Assembly (NCBI GenBank): GCA_965153455.1
Contig: OZ234493.1
Coordinates: 31,238,213 to 31,302,212 of the forward strand
Reading direction: 5' to 3'
Source: Sphagnum compactum
Taxonomy: Eukaryota
DNA length: 64,000 bases
Shown here: positions 13,241 to 27,500 of the stretch, one piece after another
Layout: every line of letters starts with the position of its first letter
Numbering within the stretch: the stretch's first letter is position 1
Made by a program: the position numbers and the translations under genes
Notes under the pieces: model-generated
What the model was told of the DNA's origin: nothing
Databases searched by the model: none
The model's input: only the letters and a program-made list of their open reading frames with translations

Positions 13241-14694
13241 AGGGTTTTGTTTACTAGCAAAATAATTTTGCCAAATCTCAATGTGAAAAAGTATGATCTT
13301 GACCAAAAAAAGGTCTTAACTTGGAAGAACTAAAATCAAAATTCCTAATTTTTATAAGAAGTTACAATAGGTAACCAATATTATTAAAGGAAACCATTTC
13401 AACTTATAGGTAGCCATACGTAAAACCTAGCCAAAATTGGCATAATTATTTAGTGGATTATAACCACTTTGATTACGTTGGAAAATCCTTAGGAAGAAAC
13501 ATCGTCCTTAGGTGAGGGTATTTGTATTTTGTAAAAAATAATGTCTAGGCTTAAACCCATGCCCAAAATCTCGGATGGGTGTAGGCCTACACCATTTTCA
13601 TTTGTACGAAAAGTCAATCAAATGTTTTTGAACATGCGTAGCTCACAAATTGTAAGATCTCGTTGAGTAGTTGACTAGCATTTTACAAGTTTGTAAATCC
13701 CAAGGAAATCATTCTTGAGAAGTAACCTAAAACTAGTTGCAAAATATGGTTGGTTATTTATGCATGGTAAATTAATGTGGGCCAATAAATCTTGATTAAA
13801 AAAATATGTGCATTAACTTTGTTGTGTTTTAAATTTTGGGAATAAATGTTAGTATTTAAGGCCTCTTAACAAATTATTAAGTAATTCCATGCTACCATTT
13901 TGGGTTAGGGTTGACAATTATGGATGAAAATCCTAGTTTAGGACCATTTTTAGCCATAGTTGGACTCAAACCATTCATAAAGGAAAGAGAATCAAACATG
14001 TGATTCAATTTGCATTGTTGATCGTGGGTTTGCAAATTGGTGTTGTATTTGTGGTATGTTGCCTTTGAGATGCAGCATGAAATCACCCAATGGAACAAAA
14101 GAAACATTTTCCATAAAATTTGTTAATTTCATAAGCAAATTCACATCATAAAAACTAACATGAAACCATCGCATGATATCAATCCCCATAAATGGGCCTT
14201 GAATATCATCATGTGGATCTAGATACAAAATACTCAATAGTTCTACGTTTCTTTCAAATTGTTCAAAATCTGCTTTCCAATTTCCCCCCATGTATTTTGC
14301 CATCCTTATGCCTAATGTTGCCAACAAAAAAAGGAATGGAGTTAATAAAACCATTGTCATCACTTTCATCATGAATGGATGCAATTTTGTTCCATTATGC
14401 CTTTTCAATTCCACATCCAACCTATAGGAAGCTTCACAACATTTTATGTTCCATGCCCTATGAGCCCCAAGGTACAAATAAACATACAAAGAGGTAGTGC
14501 ATGTGCAACAACAATCGATGATGCAAAATCCCCTCACCCTTAGTTTGCAATTGTCCCCTAGTTCGAGTTGATTTTGTGCATCAATACAAATAAACAAATA
14601 TGCCATTCATAAGGCCCTAGTTGACTCCCTTTTGCAACTTTGTGTAACTTTGTTACAAATGAGGACACCCCTCTTCTTGCAAGTATGACATTGT

Positions 14695-15490
14695 TGTCAC
14701 AAGAAAAGGAGAAGAAGAAATGAGGAAAAGAGATAAAAGGGGCTGGAGAAGAAGACCTTCCATCCATTTCAACACAAAGAAACAAGAAATGAAAGAAAAA
14801 AAAAAGAAAAAAAAAAGGGGATCAAATAAGAAGACTTTTCATCTATTTCAACACAAGGAGTCTCTAGAAGGGAAAAAATAGAAAGAAGGAAAAGAGACAA
14901 AGGGGGCCAAACAAAAAAACCTTCAATCCATTTCAACATAAGGAGAAGAAGAAGAAAAATGAAAGAAAGAGAAGGGGCCAAACAAAAAGAGTTTTTGTTT
15001 GTTTCAACACAAAGAAAAGAACACAAGGAGAGAAAGAAAACAAGAGAAAGAAGGAAAAGAGACAAAGGAGGCCAGACAAAATACCTTCTATCCATCTCAA
15101 CACAAGGAAAAAAAAAAAAAAAAAAAAAGGAAAGAGAGAAAGGGGGTTGAACAAAAAGACCTTCCGTCTATTTCAACACAAGGAGGAGAACACAAGGAGA
15201 AGAAAACAACAAGAGAAAGAAGGAAAAGAAACAAAGAGGGTTGAACAAAAAAAACTTATGTTTGTCTAACACAAGGAGAAGGAAAAGAAAAAAAATAAAG
15301 GAAAGAGAGAAAAGGGGCCAAACAAAAATACCTTTTATTTATTTCAACACAAAGGAGAAGAACACAAGGAGAAGAAGAAAATAAGAGAAAGAAGGAAAAG
15401 AGATAAAGAGGGCCGAACAAAAAAAAACTTTTGTCTGTTTCAACACAAGGAGAAGAAGGAAAAAAAGAAAAAGAAAAAGGAAAGGGGGCT
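14695..15490 (+). repeat. Purine-rich minisatellite, ~9 units of ~70-95 bp (TTTCAACACAAGGAGAAG...GGGGCCAAACAAAAA)
   Basis: CAACACA anchors at ~14770, 14848, 14934, 15005, 15098, 15174, 15267, 15344 and 15441. Explains the K/E/R-rich and F/L/S-rich spurious ORFs here. Confidence 0.85.
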
Positions 15491-16704
15491 TAGAATAACC
15501 TAGCGTATATTCTTGGTTTAATGTGGTTAGAACTATAGTAGGGTGTGATTTTATGATGTTTGGAATTTTTCAAAATTTTGCATTATACTCCTTTTTGGTG
15601 ATTGGTACCATCTTTCGAAATAGAGCTTCTAGTTTCAGAATGAACACATCATAACAAAACATGTAATCTTTTGGCAATTTGTTTAAAATTTTTAGAAAAC
15701 TTTATGCAAGGTAAGATAACTTTATTTTTGGGCAAATATAAAAAACCAAGTTGCAAGAATAATAAGCTTAAACTTGCCAAATTGCAAATGGAGTTAAAAT
15801 ATTGAAAATTGCACAATTTATACAATGAGTTCCAATACATAGCCCAAAATATCACACGTTTTCAATTCTTCCTACTTTCATATCTAATATGATCTGCCTA
15901 TTTAATAGAGATTGAAATAATAATTTCATGACCAATGTAATTCCATGTTTAAATTATTCACTAACTACTAGCTACATTTCAAAACATATATCATAGTAGG
16001 GAACCAAATTTAAATGTGTGGAAAAAGTCAAATTAAAAAAAATAGGTTTGGAATAAAAAAAATTTAAACAATAGGAAAATTTGCCATCCCATGTGTCTTA
16101 TTCTATGGATGTCCCACACCCATGGGCTTATATCTCATTATAAGGCACAAGGCAAACATTATCGTGAACTTAAACATACTTAAATGATGAAACATATGAA
16201 AAGAAGGATATATATTGTGTGTATGAATAGGCACAATTTTGATTCGAATGTTAAAAATTAGGCATTCCAATAGTGCTCAATATGTGGCCTTGCATAATAA
16301 ACTTGGAACAAGAATAGAAAAAACGTGTTGAATTTGGGTAAGTAAAATGGATTTCACCCACCATTTATGCATAGCTTTCTGAAACTAGTAAAACTCACTA
16401 TAAAGCTTAAGAATTGTCAGGTCAAAATGTAGTATGGCCTATCCATAATGTGCCCATACCTTGGCCCCCTAGTGGAATTCATTTTCCATTATAAAACAGT
16501 ATATCATTATTTTCCATGTGTGTTCCCTCTTTTATGTTTTTCTCACCACTTACAATCACTAACCATCCCCTTTAGACACACTACTTTGTTGGCAAAGACT
16601 TTCATAACCGAAAAGAATGGGTTAAATTCAATTTGTAGTTTGAAGTTGCTTATTTGTTGTTTCTTTGAATTAATTGGGAATGCCTTCCAAGTCCAACCTA
16701 TTTA

Positions 16705-17295
16705 TTGTTTGCAATGAACCATTTTGATTCGCCTCATTATAACAAAAGGTGTCCCTATACACTAAATGATTTCACTAGATTTTGAGTGAATTCACTAATT
16801 GTAGTGAACGGGACCTAGTGGGGAAGCAGTGAATTCATTGGTTTGGTGAACAAGGACTAATGAACTACACCCACATTTTATAGTAGTGCCCATCACAAGA
16901 AGAAATTGAAACTAGGGACCCCCCCGTAGAAGATTCCATCAATTGAAAGATGGAGGTTTCCCCCTTTGGGCCATAGGTATATAAGTGAAAAGGGGATGAC
17001 TTTGGCAAACATATGGGTTTAAAACAATGTGCTATAGGGAACAAATATTTGAAAACCTAGCAATATAATAAAAACTTGATGGTAACCTATTGGGAACTTT
17101 GTGAAAACATAATGGGAACACGTTAGGGATTTTTAAAAAAATGAGAAATCATTCCCCCCACCCCTCCCCAAAAGGTGGGGCCTTTAGTGCATGTTGCACC
17201 TTCCCATTGGCTGCATGAAATTCCTATTTCCAAAATGATTCATCACCATTTTTGGCTTGGGCTAATACCTTTGTTAAAAACTAAGGGTACTAATT
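16705..17295 (+). mobile_element. Dispersed non-autonomous repeat, copy 1 (homologous to ~44060-44475)
   Basis: Colinear shared blocks: GAAAGATGGAG, ACTTTGG..AAACATATGGG, GTGCTAT.GGGAAC, CCTTCCCATTGGC.GCATGAAATT.CTATTTCCAAAA and CACCATTTTTGGC.TGGGCT. Confidence 0.75.
16735..16888. mobile_element. Miniature CACTA-like element nested in the dispersed repeat
   Basis: Ends CATTATAACAAAA...TTTTATAGTAGTG; internal TTCACTA/GTGAA repeats; 3-bp flanks CCT/CCC. Confidence 0.5.
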
Positions 17296-18729
17296 ATTAC
17301 CTTGGACTTTATGACCAATTAATCAACAAGATTTTACAACTTTGTAATTAACTACTTGTTTTCATAAAATATATAGCCATTTCTTCATGTAGGTGAAGGT
17401 TTAGGCCTTTTAAAAAAATTCAGCTCCTCCAGTCAACTTGGCTACTTCATAATGAGGCCCCAATTTTTGGAAGGCCCTAAATCTTAAACCTTCTCTATTA
17501 CATATTGTCCTAAATGATCAAGTATGTAGGATTGTTGTTGGATTTTAGTTTGTCAAATGCATGTTGTTTGGGTTTTTTTCCCCAAGTTATTTCAACAGTA
17601 AGTATCCATACAATTTGATTGACATTAGTGAACCCCATAAAAAATATATATCAAAAAATGTATGCACTTTAAACATTTGGAAAATGGACATCATGCGTGG
17701 TAAACATTCTTCCCATTTAGCTTTTGCCTAAAAACATTACAACTTGTTATGTTGTTTTCATGCTCATAATTAACATGAAATATTGTGCATATTTTGATAA
17801 TACATAACAATATCAAAAAAAGTTTTGCAATAAAATAATTGAATGTGCCCAAAGGTTGAACTTCTTGCAATGGAAACAAAAGTCAATTGAACCAATGTAA
17901 AAAATTTCCAAGTGTATTTTAAGGGCACCTTATATTCATCCATGTCCTAAAAAAAAGGACGGATCTTATGCCTATGAGTAGTAGGCATAAGATATAACAT
18001 TTGTGTCCATGTAAGGATTAGACCTAATTCCATTCTAAGGAGTAGGAACCCTCCCCTTTATGCTTATAGGTTGGTGATGACTTTTGCTCAGGGCTTTTGT
18101 TGCAAGTAAAGCCCAAATGGCGGGGGGGGGGGGGGACTTCATGACTCTGGCAATGTCTTGAACATAATATTTTGGAAACTCCTCTACCTTAAAGCTTTAC
18201 CCTACACTTAAAAGCTCAATATTGTGATTTACCATCATATAATCATGTAAGTTTCCATATTGCTCAAAGGAAATTTTTGTTTTCCCCAAAAACCATAATT
18301 TGTTATTGTGACTTTGTCCATGATCTACTATGGTATTCTTATATGAATAGTGAAATTAGTCAAAGTGGAGTTTTTTAAGGGATTTTTTTTCTAATTTTTT
18401 TTTTTTTGGGAGCATAGAGTAGAGAGAGCGCAAAGTAATAGTTTTTAGAGATGTAGAACAATTTTGATGATGAACACATAGTTGTTGAACTATGTTATTT
18501 TGTCTTTTTTTTCTATACTTTTTCGTGATTTGTTGTTTTTCCTTTATATTAATACGAGAAGTAAAACTATGGCAGAATTATGATATATTCATAACTACAC
18601 AGATACTTTAGGTGTGGAAAATGTTGTTTAAAAACATTTTGGATTATTTAGGGATTTTGGATACAAATTTTATGACTGAAATTGAATGTTACAAGAACAT
18701 AAACTATAATTAAAATATTGTTTGAATAT

Positions 18730-20560
18730 TAAGATTTACCAGAGTTCGTCATGGAATGCTTAAAGTGACCAAAAGAAAGTTCCTCAAAACACAAACTGAT
18801 AAAGAAACTTGGCAAGCCAAATCCATGAGTTTGGAACCGATAGTGTAGCTTTTGAAAAAAGAAAAGTAGACCAATATGAAGATTAACTAGGCATGCAAAA
18901 AATCTCTTTTGGAAAAAATATAGAATCTTGAAAAGTAAACTTAATGTGTGACTTTCAAGGAAAAGGAAATAACTGTGTAAAAGGAAGTAGGGCATAAACA
19001 TGAAGTGGAGACTGCCAAACATAAAGCGCTAGTAGTGGGGCATTTAACTAAAGTTGTCATGTATGATCAAATGCTTCAAAATCAAGATGAGGAGCTCTTT
19101 ATTGGGTTGAATGAAGCCCAGTCGTTGATGGTGCAACTATATTACTAAAAGGAGCATGATATGGTGACAAAGTTCAATGCCACGTACATGTGTGCCTTCA
19201 AGAGCAAGAAGAATCCAAGGAAATATAGATAGAGGAAGAGGAGTAAGATCAAGATGACATGTACGAAATCTTTGGTATGCAATTTACAAAGCGGGTTGGA
19301 AGAAAGGAACAAGTAAAAGGTGGCAAGTGTGGAGAGAAAAGCCACAAGGAGGTAGGGAACGTGGAAGAAAATAGGAGCCCACAATAAGAACTTGATGATT
19401 TCCACAATGTGAACATTTTCCGATGATGGATCATCACCGAACTCGTGCTTATTTTTCGATATGCAATGAACAAATGAAGATCATTCCCCTATATCGGATG
19501 TGAATGTCATCAAACTCAAGCCATGTAGTTTAAGCATTGTGCTGCACATCTTGAAGGAATTGGAATGCGCTTTACCAATCATCCCCCATCTAGAAGCATA
19601 CTTTATCTATCATTTGCAAATGTGCATTTTGATAGGATATGCCCTGCCAATGCTCAACACCCGCATCATGGTTGATGACATTGGGGTCCAAATTCTTTAA
19701 GGTGTACCACTAAGGAAAAAAAGGACTTAGTCCTTAATGGAGTCCATTTTTGTACTATATTCTAATCCCCATCAATATTAATGAGTCAAAATGTGTCAAA
19801 TATTTTATAAGTACCATATTTTAAACCATTAAAACTCCAAATTCCATCAATTTCATTCATTTTGTGTCTTTACATGGTGAAGTAGGACTATGTAAAGGAA
19901 TACAAAAAAGGGTGACAATGTGACATTATTTTGGTACTCCTTAAAGAATTTGGACTTTTTGAGCACATGTGGAAAGTACATGATGAAAAATTTCATGAGT
20001 ATCTCACCTACAACATCCTTTGTGGGTACATTATCCTTAATGATGGACACAACTATGGATTATTGGAGCATCTTACAAGATGTCTTGGAGTGTACATGTT
20101 GCAACATTACTATTAGTTAGAGGTCACGTACAACAAGTATTATCTCAAGCATACGACAATGGTAGTCATAAACTAACCTTTGTCATGGCCAAAAAAGTTC
20201 CCATACTAAATACCATCCAAAAAAGTTTTAAATGACACTATCAAAACACGGCAGTGGACACATAAGTTGTGAGACTTACAAGAATGGTGCGATCAAAGGT
20301 TTATTGCACGAAACAATGAATTTGACGAGTTGGTACTACATAATGAAGGGACCAAATTTGCATGTGGTTCGAGTTCACCTTGGTAATAATCCAATGGTAT
20401 TGCATGCATCTATTTGTCGAGCATACCACTTAATTAGGTAGCTTAAAAAAAAACCCAAAAATTTATCAACACGCTAGTTCCAGCATTGCTACCTACATCC
20501 ATTCATGTCTAACAAAAACAAGATATACCGATACTCCTTTCAGGGAAATTACTAAACGAA
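18730..20560 (+). mobile_element. Decayed Mutator-like (MULE) transposase relic
   Basis: Fragments RIMVDDIGVQI (MULE second-Asp region), FEHMWKVHDEKFHEYL and WYCMHLF (SWIM-like CxH), with many stops and frameshifts. Confidence 0.4.
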
Positions 20561-22779
20561 AGTTCCAAATTAGAGGTGGAGTCCAGTGATGAGATTAACA
20601 ATTTCTTGATTCTAGTCGACATCTCTCAATCTTGGTTAATATTTCAATGAAAGGGATCTAACGTGAAAGTTCAGGAAAATGAAGACCTTGTGAGGACACT
20701 ATAGTGCTAAAAGGGGGATAATGTTCGGAAGAACTTTTTTTTTGTAAAAAATGTACAAGGGTTAGGAGTTTACCGAAGTATAACTTACCAAAATCTTGTA
20801 GCAATCTTTAGAGATGGGTTGAAATTCTTTAAGGTGTACCAAAATCTTGTCATAACATCACCTTTTTTTTGTCTATTTTACCTAGTTATTTTTACCATGT
20901 AAAGACACATTTATGGATGATTGTGACAGAATTTAGAATTGTACTGGTCTAAAATATAGTCCTTTTGAAAAATTTGATAACTTTTGATTCATTATTTTTT
21001 ATGGGGATCAAAATATAAGGTAAAAAAAGGAATGTAATAAATACTAGGCCCTTTTTGTTGTGTGTGGTACACCTTAAAGGATTTTCACTCGGATAACCTA
21101 TTAAAGTGTGGTTGTGACCTTATCGGACATAATAAGATGATTTACCAATTTGTGTTAATAATTTAACTAAAGCTAAGTACTCATCTTACCAAATCTTGTG
21201 TAGCTATTTAACACTTGCCAAAATGGCGAGGATTACTTATATGTTATAATGATTTAATTGTTTGAGAAGAGTGAATGGGTAGGAAAAAAAGATATTATAT
21301 GAGGATAATAAATGATATATGTGTGCGTGTGTGTATCTTGCCCAACATGCATTTGTTTTAAGGGGTTTTTTTAATAAAAAATGCCTCATACTACCTAGGA
21401 TTACTTTTTGCTAGATATGCATGTAAATTCTCACCTTGTAAACTTGGACTATATATGTGGCTCCATGTAATTTTAAAAAATTACTTAGGTATGTGGTATT
21501 ATGTGTAGCATGGTAGACAAGAACCTAATAGCGGTGTAGAACCTGATTACTGGAAATCCATTGTTAACATTAGCTTTGAGGGTGATTCAAGCGAACCAAG
21601 TTGCGAAGAAGGTAAAAAATCTACAACAAAAGTATAATAATTTAAACCAATTCAATTAAAAGACTTAGAATGATTTGAAAGCGTTATAGAACAAGCATGA
21701 GCGGATAACTATAGACTACAACAAGATGGAGCAATCTAGTATGGAGGAGAAAACTATAACATGTTTGGAACAAATGTGTCAAGAGTTAAAGGAATAACTT
21801 GTCTTTGTTAACATAAAGGTAGAAAAGAACCAGACTTTATTGGGTGAAAGCATGGTCAAAGGAGCCAAGGTGCTAAGGTAAAAGTCTTTTTCCAAGGATT
21901 GTACATGACAAAGTGTTGTTTTTGTGTTGGTTTATAATTTTATAACTTGTATTTTGAGTACCCCCTTTAACACTACATTTTAGATATAGATACATTTTGA
22001 TAATTATAATTTTTTTAATATCATGTACGTTATGTATTCATGCCTTCTATCACATAAACATGAATCTTTTGTTTAAAACACATTTTCAAAATCCATAATT
22101 TCAAGGTCAAAAACACTTTTGAGCCAAATGTGCTCAAATTGATTATTTAAAAAAATCATCATTTCAAGTCTTTTTACCCTTTTAATCATTAATGTTAAAA
22201 TCCTCTTCAATTTTTAAAAGGAAATTTGGTAGAAAAAAAGAACGTCTAAAAAAAACTGAGGACTGTCCATTTTCGACGTTTGAGTGCTTTGAACATGTAA
22301 AAAAAAAATTGATTTGTGTCAAGCTTTGAGCATATAAACTATGTAATTAATGGAAAATATTCGAAAAAAATAATGATAATCCAAACTATTATGTTGCACT
22401 TATGATCTTTCAAACATATAAAAATGCAATTTTAAGGAGTGGCTCCTTTGACTATGTTTTTACCCTTGTGTGTTCAAATTCAAAATTGGAAGGAGTAATT
22501 TAAATTGGCAAAAGTAGAATTGAGCCAACCAACCCAAACTTTACATGTTAAAATACTTATAAGTTGAAAAACTTAGAAGAATTGTTGCTAGGTAATACAT
22601 TGATTAAGGTCCAAAAACAAGTTTTTGGAGATAAGAATCTCACATGGAAAAAAATGGTGGCAAACATTGTAAGATTTCATAGAAAAACAAATCTAGGAAA
22701 GTATGGTTCATACCGATGCGTCTTAGTTAGTAATAGGGGTAATACTTGCCTAGAATCCAATTGGTAAATTTGATCAATC

Positions 22780-24250
22780 GATTATGTATTCTTCTAAATT
22801 ACTAGATTTAGTTGAGAGAAATTATACCACTAATACTAACAAAGAGGCTTTAGCTATGGTCTATGCCATGCAAAAGTCTAGACAAATTACCTAATAGGTA
22901 ACAAGTTTGTATTTTACGTTAATCATATGGCTTTAATGTTTTCAATTAACAAACCATATGTTTTCGATAGGTTAACTAGATGGTTATTGTTGTTTTTAAA
23001 ATATGATTTCAAGATTGTATACAAGTTTGATAGATCTCACGTAATGGTAGATGCCTTAAGCCAATTACCCAATAACTTTGAACATGTTAGAATACCTGAT
23101 CAAACCAATGGTGTTCACCTGTTCACATTACAACCTGAGTGGTTATAGAATCTTTATGAGTACATGTTAAAGGGAGTGATGCCAAAGAGATTTACTACCT
23201 CATAGAGGCAAGTTATCGCATGAGCTTAGAACCTAAGCCTAAAGCCTAAAGTTGGAACTTGGGATGGTAAAATGTCTTTTCCCCTAAACAAATGCAAGTA
23301 AAACCCAAGAATTTAAGCACAAAATGAATGTTGTACCAATAAACTTATAAGCAAACATGGGGATGAATGTGAACATTCATTTTCATTATGGATGATTGAT
23401 TTTTGTTCATTCATCTAATGCATGGATGAAAAAAATGCATTTACATGTTTTTAATAAATAGAAATTCCAACAAAATTATGGTTGAATGTTTTATTTTATC
23501 ATTAAGTTTTTATGGATAATTTTTTTCCATAATTTTAATTAATTAGAGCTTCAAGAAACACAATCTAATTTTATACGATATAACATTTGTTGAACAATAT
23601 AATGTAAATTCCACTATAGATTCCATGTAGGTGGATTAAATCACATTAAACTTTAAGTTCCAAGCTCAAAGCTCCAAGTTCAAGCTTTACATTCATGCAC
23701 AAACCATCCTCCTATCTCATAAAAACTATATTTAGCCCAAAGAGTTAAATTTTTATTTCAATGAGTGTTATATTGATTTGGACAAGATAATAGGTTCCAT
23801 TGAGTTTTCCAATGAAAATAGGCACCCACAATGTTGCAATAGTTGCACATGGAGGAGTTGTAGGAATGCATTTTTTTTGCTTCATTATGCTGTGAAAAAA
23901 ATCTTAAATGTTAGTTACTAATGGCCCACTATTAAATCAACATGTTCATGAATATTGTAAAACTTGTGGTCAATGTCAACAAACATGTAACCTATTGACA
24001 CAAAACCTAGCGAAATTGATTACCACTTTATTTGAAAATCGATTTCAAAAATAAGGCTTTGGCTTCATTGGATTAATCAAATCTATAAATAGATTGATAA
24101 GGAAGTCATATATTTTAATAGCCATTGATTATGCAACAAAGTGGGTGGAAACACAAATGTGTCACATCAACACTACTATTATGACTACTAAGTTTCTATA
24201 TGAACATATTTTGACCTAGTTTAGATGTCCATTGGCGATTGTCACTAACT
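22780..24250 (+). mobile_element. Ty3/gypsy LTR-retrotransposon pol relic (RNase H then integrase), interrupted by an insertion
   Basis: ERNYTT..KEALAMVYA, FVFYVNHMAL and RLTRWLLLFLKYDFKIVYK..SHVMVDAL (RNase H). After ~23728: EYCKTCGQCQ (HHCC finger) and YILIAIDYATKWVE...KFLYEHIL..F.CP (integrase core). RH-before-INT order is gypsy-type. Confidence 0.9.
23211..23727. mobile_element. ~0.5 kb non-autonomous insertion (MITE-like) splitting the gypsy pol
   Basis: The pol reading resumes across it. Short repeats AGCTTAGAAC/CTAAAGTT on the left are inverted relative to AACTTTAAG/GTTCAAGCT on the right. Confidence 0.55.
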
Positions 24251-24585
24251 AAAGAGTTAGTTCGAATTGATGAACATGTCTACCAATTGGAGTTACAAGC
24301 CTATCAAACCACCTTTCCAAATTTTAAATATGATCCACCAATTTTTGTATTTGTGGAAATAAGAACTAGCATGAAAACAATAGCTACAACATCATCCACC
24401 TTTGCATCTGATCAAGGAAAGCAACATGTAAACCCCAAACTAGCTAGTCCAATTGGAGGAGGAACATGTTTAGAAATCATACCTAGTGGGTGATATGTAG
24501 GTATTCAATTAAACACCTACTGCCTACATATTTACATACGTATTAAACATCAACCTACCTACCTATTAGGTTTCCTACCTACTAA

Positions 24586-27500
24586 CATTATGCCAAAACA
24601 TGGTTTTCGTGACTTGGATAATTTACGACTACTATTTGATTTTAGTCATGTAGTCATATTTGGATTTCAATCATTATCATTTTTTTGGCTACAACCATTA
24701 TTAGGATTACATGACTATAAATATGATTATACATAATTATATGATTATAATTATGACTAGTAAACATGTTGAACATACTTGACCTTGTTGACCAACTATT
24801 AAAAAAAATAAAATTATGAACATATGGCTAGGTATAGTATAATTTGGCCTAGGTTTAGCCTACTTTAACCTCTACATTGAATTTAAACCTCTAGAATTAA
24901 CTTCAGTTTATCTTTTGAGATTAACCTATATCAAATTTAGTTTATAAATATAATTTTAGTAATTTTATATTGTCCAAGTAACATTGTTTAGTTTAAGTAT
25001 AATCATTAACTTAATTTAACTAGTAACCTAATTTTGCCCTAATTTTGTCGAGGTCACCTATTTTAACCAAAGTTAATCGTAATAGATTAGATTAACCTAG
25101 TTTAGCCTAACCTAATTTAGCCTAAATATTTTAAATTTAACCAAGTTTCACCTACTTTAGCCTTAGTATCCAAGTTTTGCCAAGTTTAACCCAATTTAAC
25201 CCAAGTAACATAGTATAGTATAGTGTAGCCAAATATAGCCAACTTTAACATAATTTAGATTAAGTATACAAACTTAATTATGCCAAGTTTAAATAAATTA
25301 AGCCTAAGTTAGCCTAGGTAACTTAGTTAGCCAATGTGAGCCAAATATATATTATTTTAGACATGCCATCTGCATGTGAAGTTAAACCAAGGTTAGTCAA
25401 AATAACCTATTTAGCCTATATTGCCAAGTTAAACTTAAGGATTCAAGTTTAATTAAGTTTAGCCAAATTTAACCTAAATAACTTAATTTTATTTAACTAT
25501 AGTCAAATTGAATGTAAATAACATAATTTAGCCTAGTTTAATTTATTTAAACCAAGTTTAGCTTAGTAAACCTTCATTTTGCCAAGTTTTGTCTAATATA
25601 ACTTAATATAACTAATTTCAACCAAGTCTAATGTAAGTAACCTACTTTAGGCAAATTTTTTGTTAGTATAGCCTAGTATAGCCAAGTTAAACTTAAATAA
25701 CCTACTTTAGTGAAGTTTAATTTAATGTAAATTAATTTAATTAAACATAGCCTAGTATAGCCAAGTTTAACATAAATAACATACTTTAACCAATTTAGCC
25801 GAACATAGCTTATTTCAACTTAGTATAACCAAATTTAGCTTAATATAGCCTAGTTTAGCCATGTTTAGCTTGGTATAGCCTAATATATCCAAGTTTAACC
25901 TAAATAACATATTTTAGCCAAATTCATTTTAATATAGCCTAGGTTAGTTTAGTTTAACCAAGTTTAATTTAAATAGCCTACTTTAGCCAAGTTTAGTTTA
26001 GTATAACCTAATTTAACCATGTTTAGTTTATAATACCCTAATTTGCATAATATAACCAAATTTAACTTAAATAACTTACTTAAACCAAATTTAGTTTAAT
26101 ATAGCTTAATTTAGTCATGTTTAATTTAATATAACCTACTATAACCAAGTTTAGTCTAGTGTAGCCTAGTTTAGCTAAGGTTAAACCTAAATAATTTAGT
26201 TTAGTCCAAATAACCCCAAGTTAAACTAGGTTACCTAGGTTTAGCCTAGGAAGATCTAGATTTGTTTCAAATCGCCTATGGAGGCCTAGGCTGAATTATT
26301 GGGTGGACTAGGTCAACCTAGGTCAGCCTAAGGTGACGTAAGGTGACTTAGGCAAAAAAAATGTTATATTGTATATGTTCAAGTGATAATTACATTTGTT
26401 ACAAAAAAAATGTGGTGGTGCAATGGTAAAGGATTTGGCCCCTCAATGTAGAGGTGAGGGGTTAAAATCCTTTTACCTTTGTCTTATATACTACCTAAGT
26501 TCCTAAGAGTATAATTGGGTTAATTTCCCCAAGAATTTTGTGGTTAATTTAGCCAGGGTTGCTTTTTAATCTAGGTTAGGTCCCAAGCGTTTTTATTTGA
26601 TAAAAAATTGATTGGCACGTGGCATCATATAATTGGTAGGAACCATGGTTTAGTACGTAATATTGTATATATTAGTAATTAGTATTATAAGTATCAAATT
26701 AGGTAAAATATTTCATATTTAGAAAAATTATTTTGTTAAATATTATTATAATCGTTTATTATAATAAAAATCTAAATTTTTAATTTAAAAATGAATATGA
26801 TTAAAAATAGTTTAAAAAATTTACTTCAAAAATTACATAATTTAAATAAAATTTTAAATTATGATTTTAGATTATAAATAAGTAACCTATAAATATGTAT
26901 TTCAATTTATAATTATTTAACTAAATATATTTATATTTTAATAATAAAATTATAAATAACATCAATTTTATATTAAATACATTATGTTTTCCTAGATCAT
27001 TCAAGAATTACATAATATTATAAATATATAAAACTAAAATTAGATACAATGAAAATAAGGAATTATTTATTTTTAATTATAAATTTATTTCAGTAAATAA
27101 TAATATTAATTTCTTGATTATTAACTATTTAATTAATAATTTTTAAAAATATTTGATATCAATTTGATATTAAATATATTATGTATTGTCTAATAATTTT
27201 AACATTAAATATTTTTGTATTTAATAAATATTATATAGATATTATATCATAGATATATACTTAATAATAGGTACTACCTACTACATACTAATTATATTAA
27301 GGTATACACCTAATATGTATTTATACACTTGGTAAATACCTATTAGGTTTGTTTTAGATAATAAACTAGGTTAACTATTGGAAAGCAAGTTAGGTTAATT
27401 TAGGTAGTAGGTTAAGCTATGTATAATTAATAAGTGGATCCTAACTTAATAGTTAATAAGTTAGTTGATAGATAGTAGATTAGGTTAAGTATTAACTCAT

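Noticed and set aside
13992-14606. Longest ORF in the track (204 aa)
   Set aside because: No recognisable motif or splice structure; embedded in decayed repeat sequence.
14558-15244. F/L/S-rich and K/E/R-rich ORFs
   Set aside because: Artefacts of the purine minisatellite.
26412-26475. Functional tRNA gene
   Set aside because: The acceptor and T stems do not pair; kept only as a tRNA-derived remnant.
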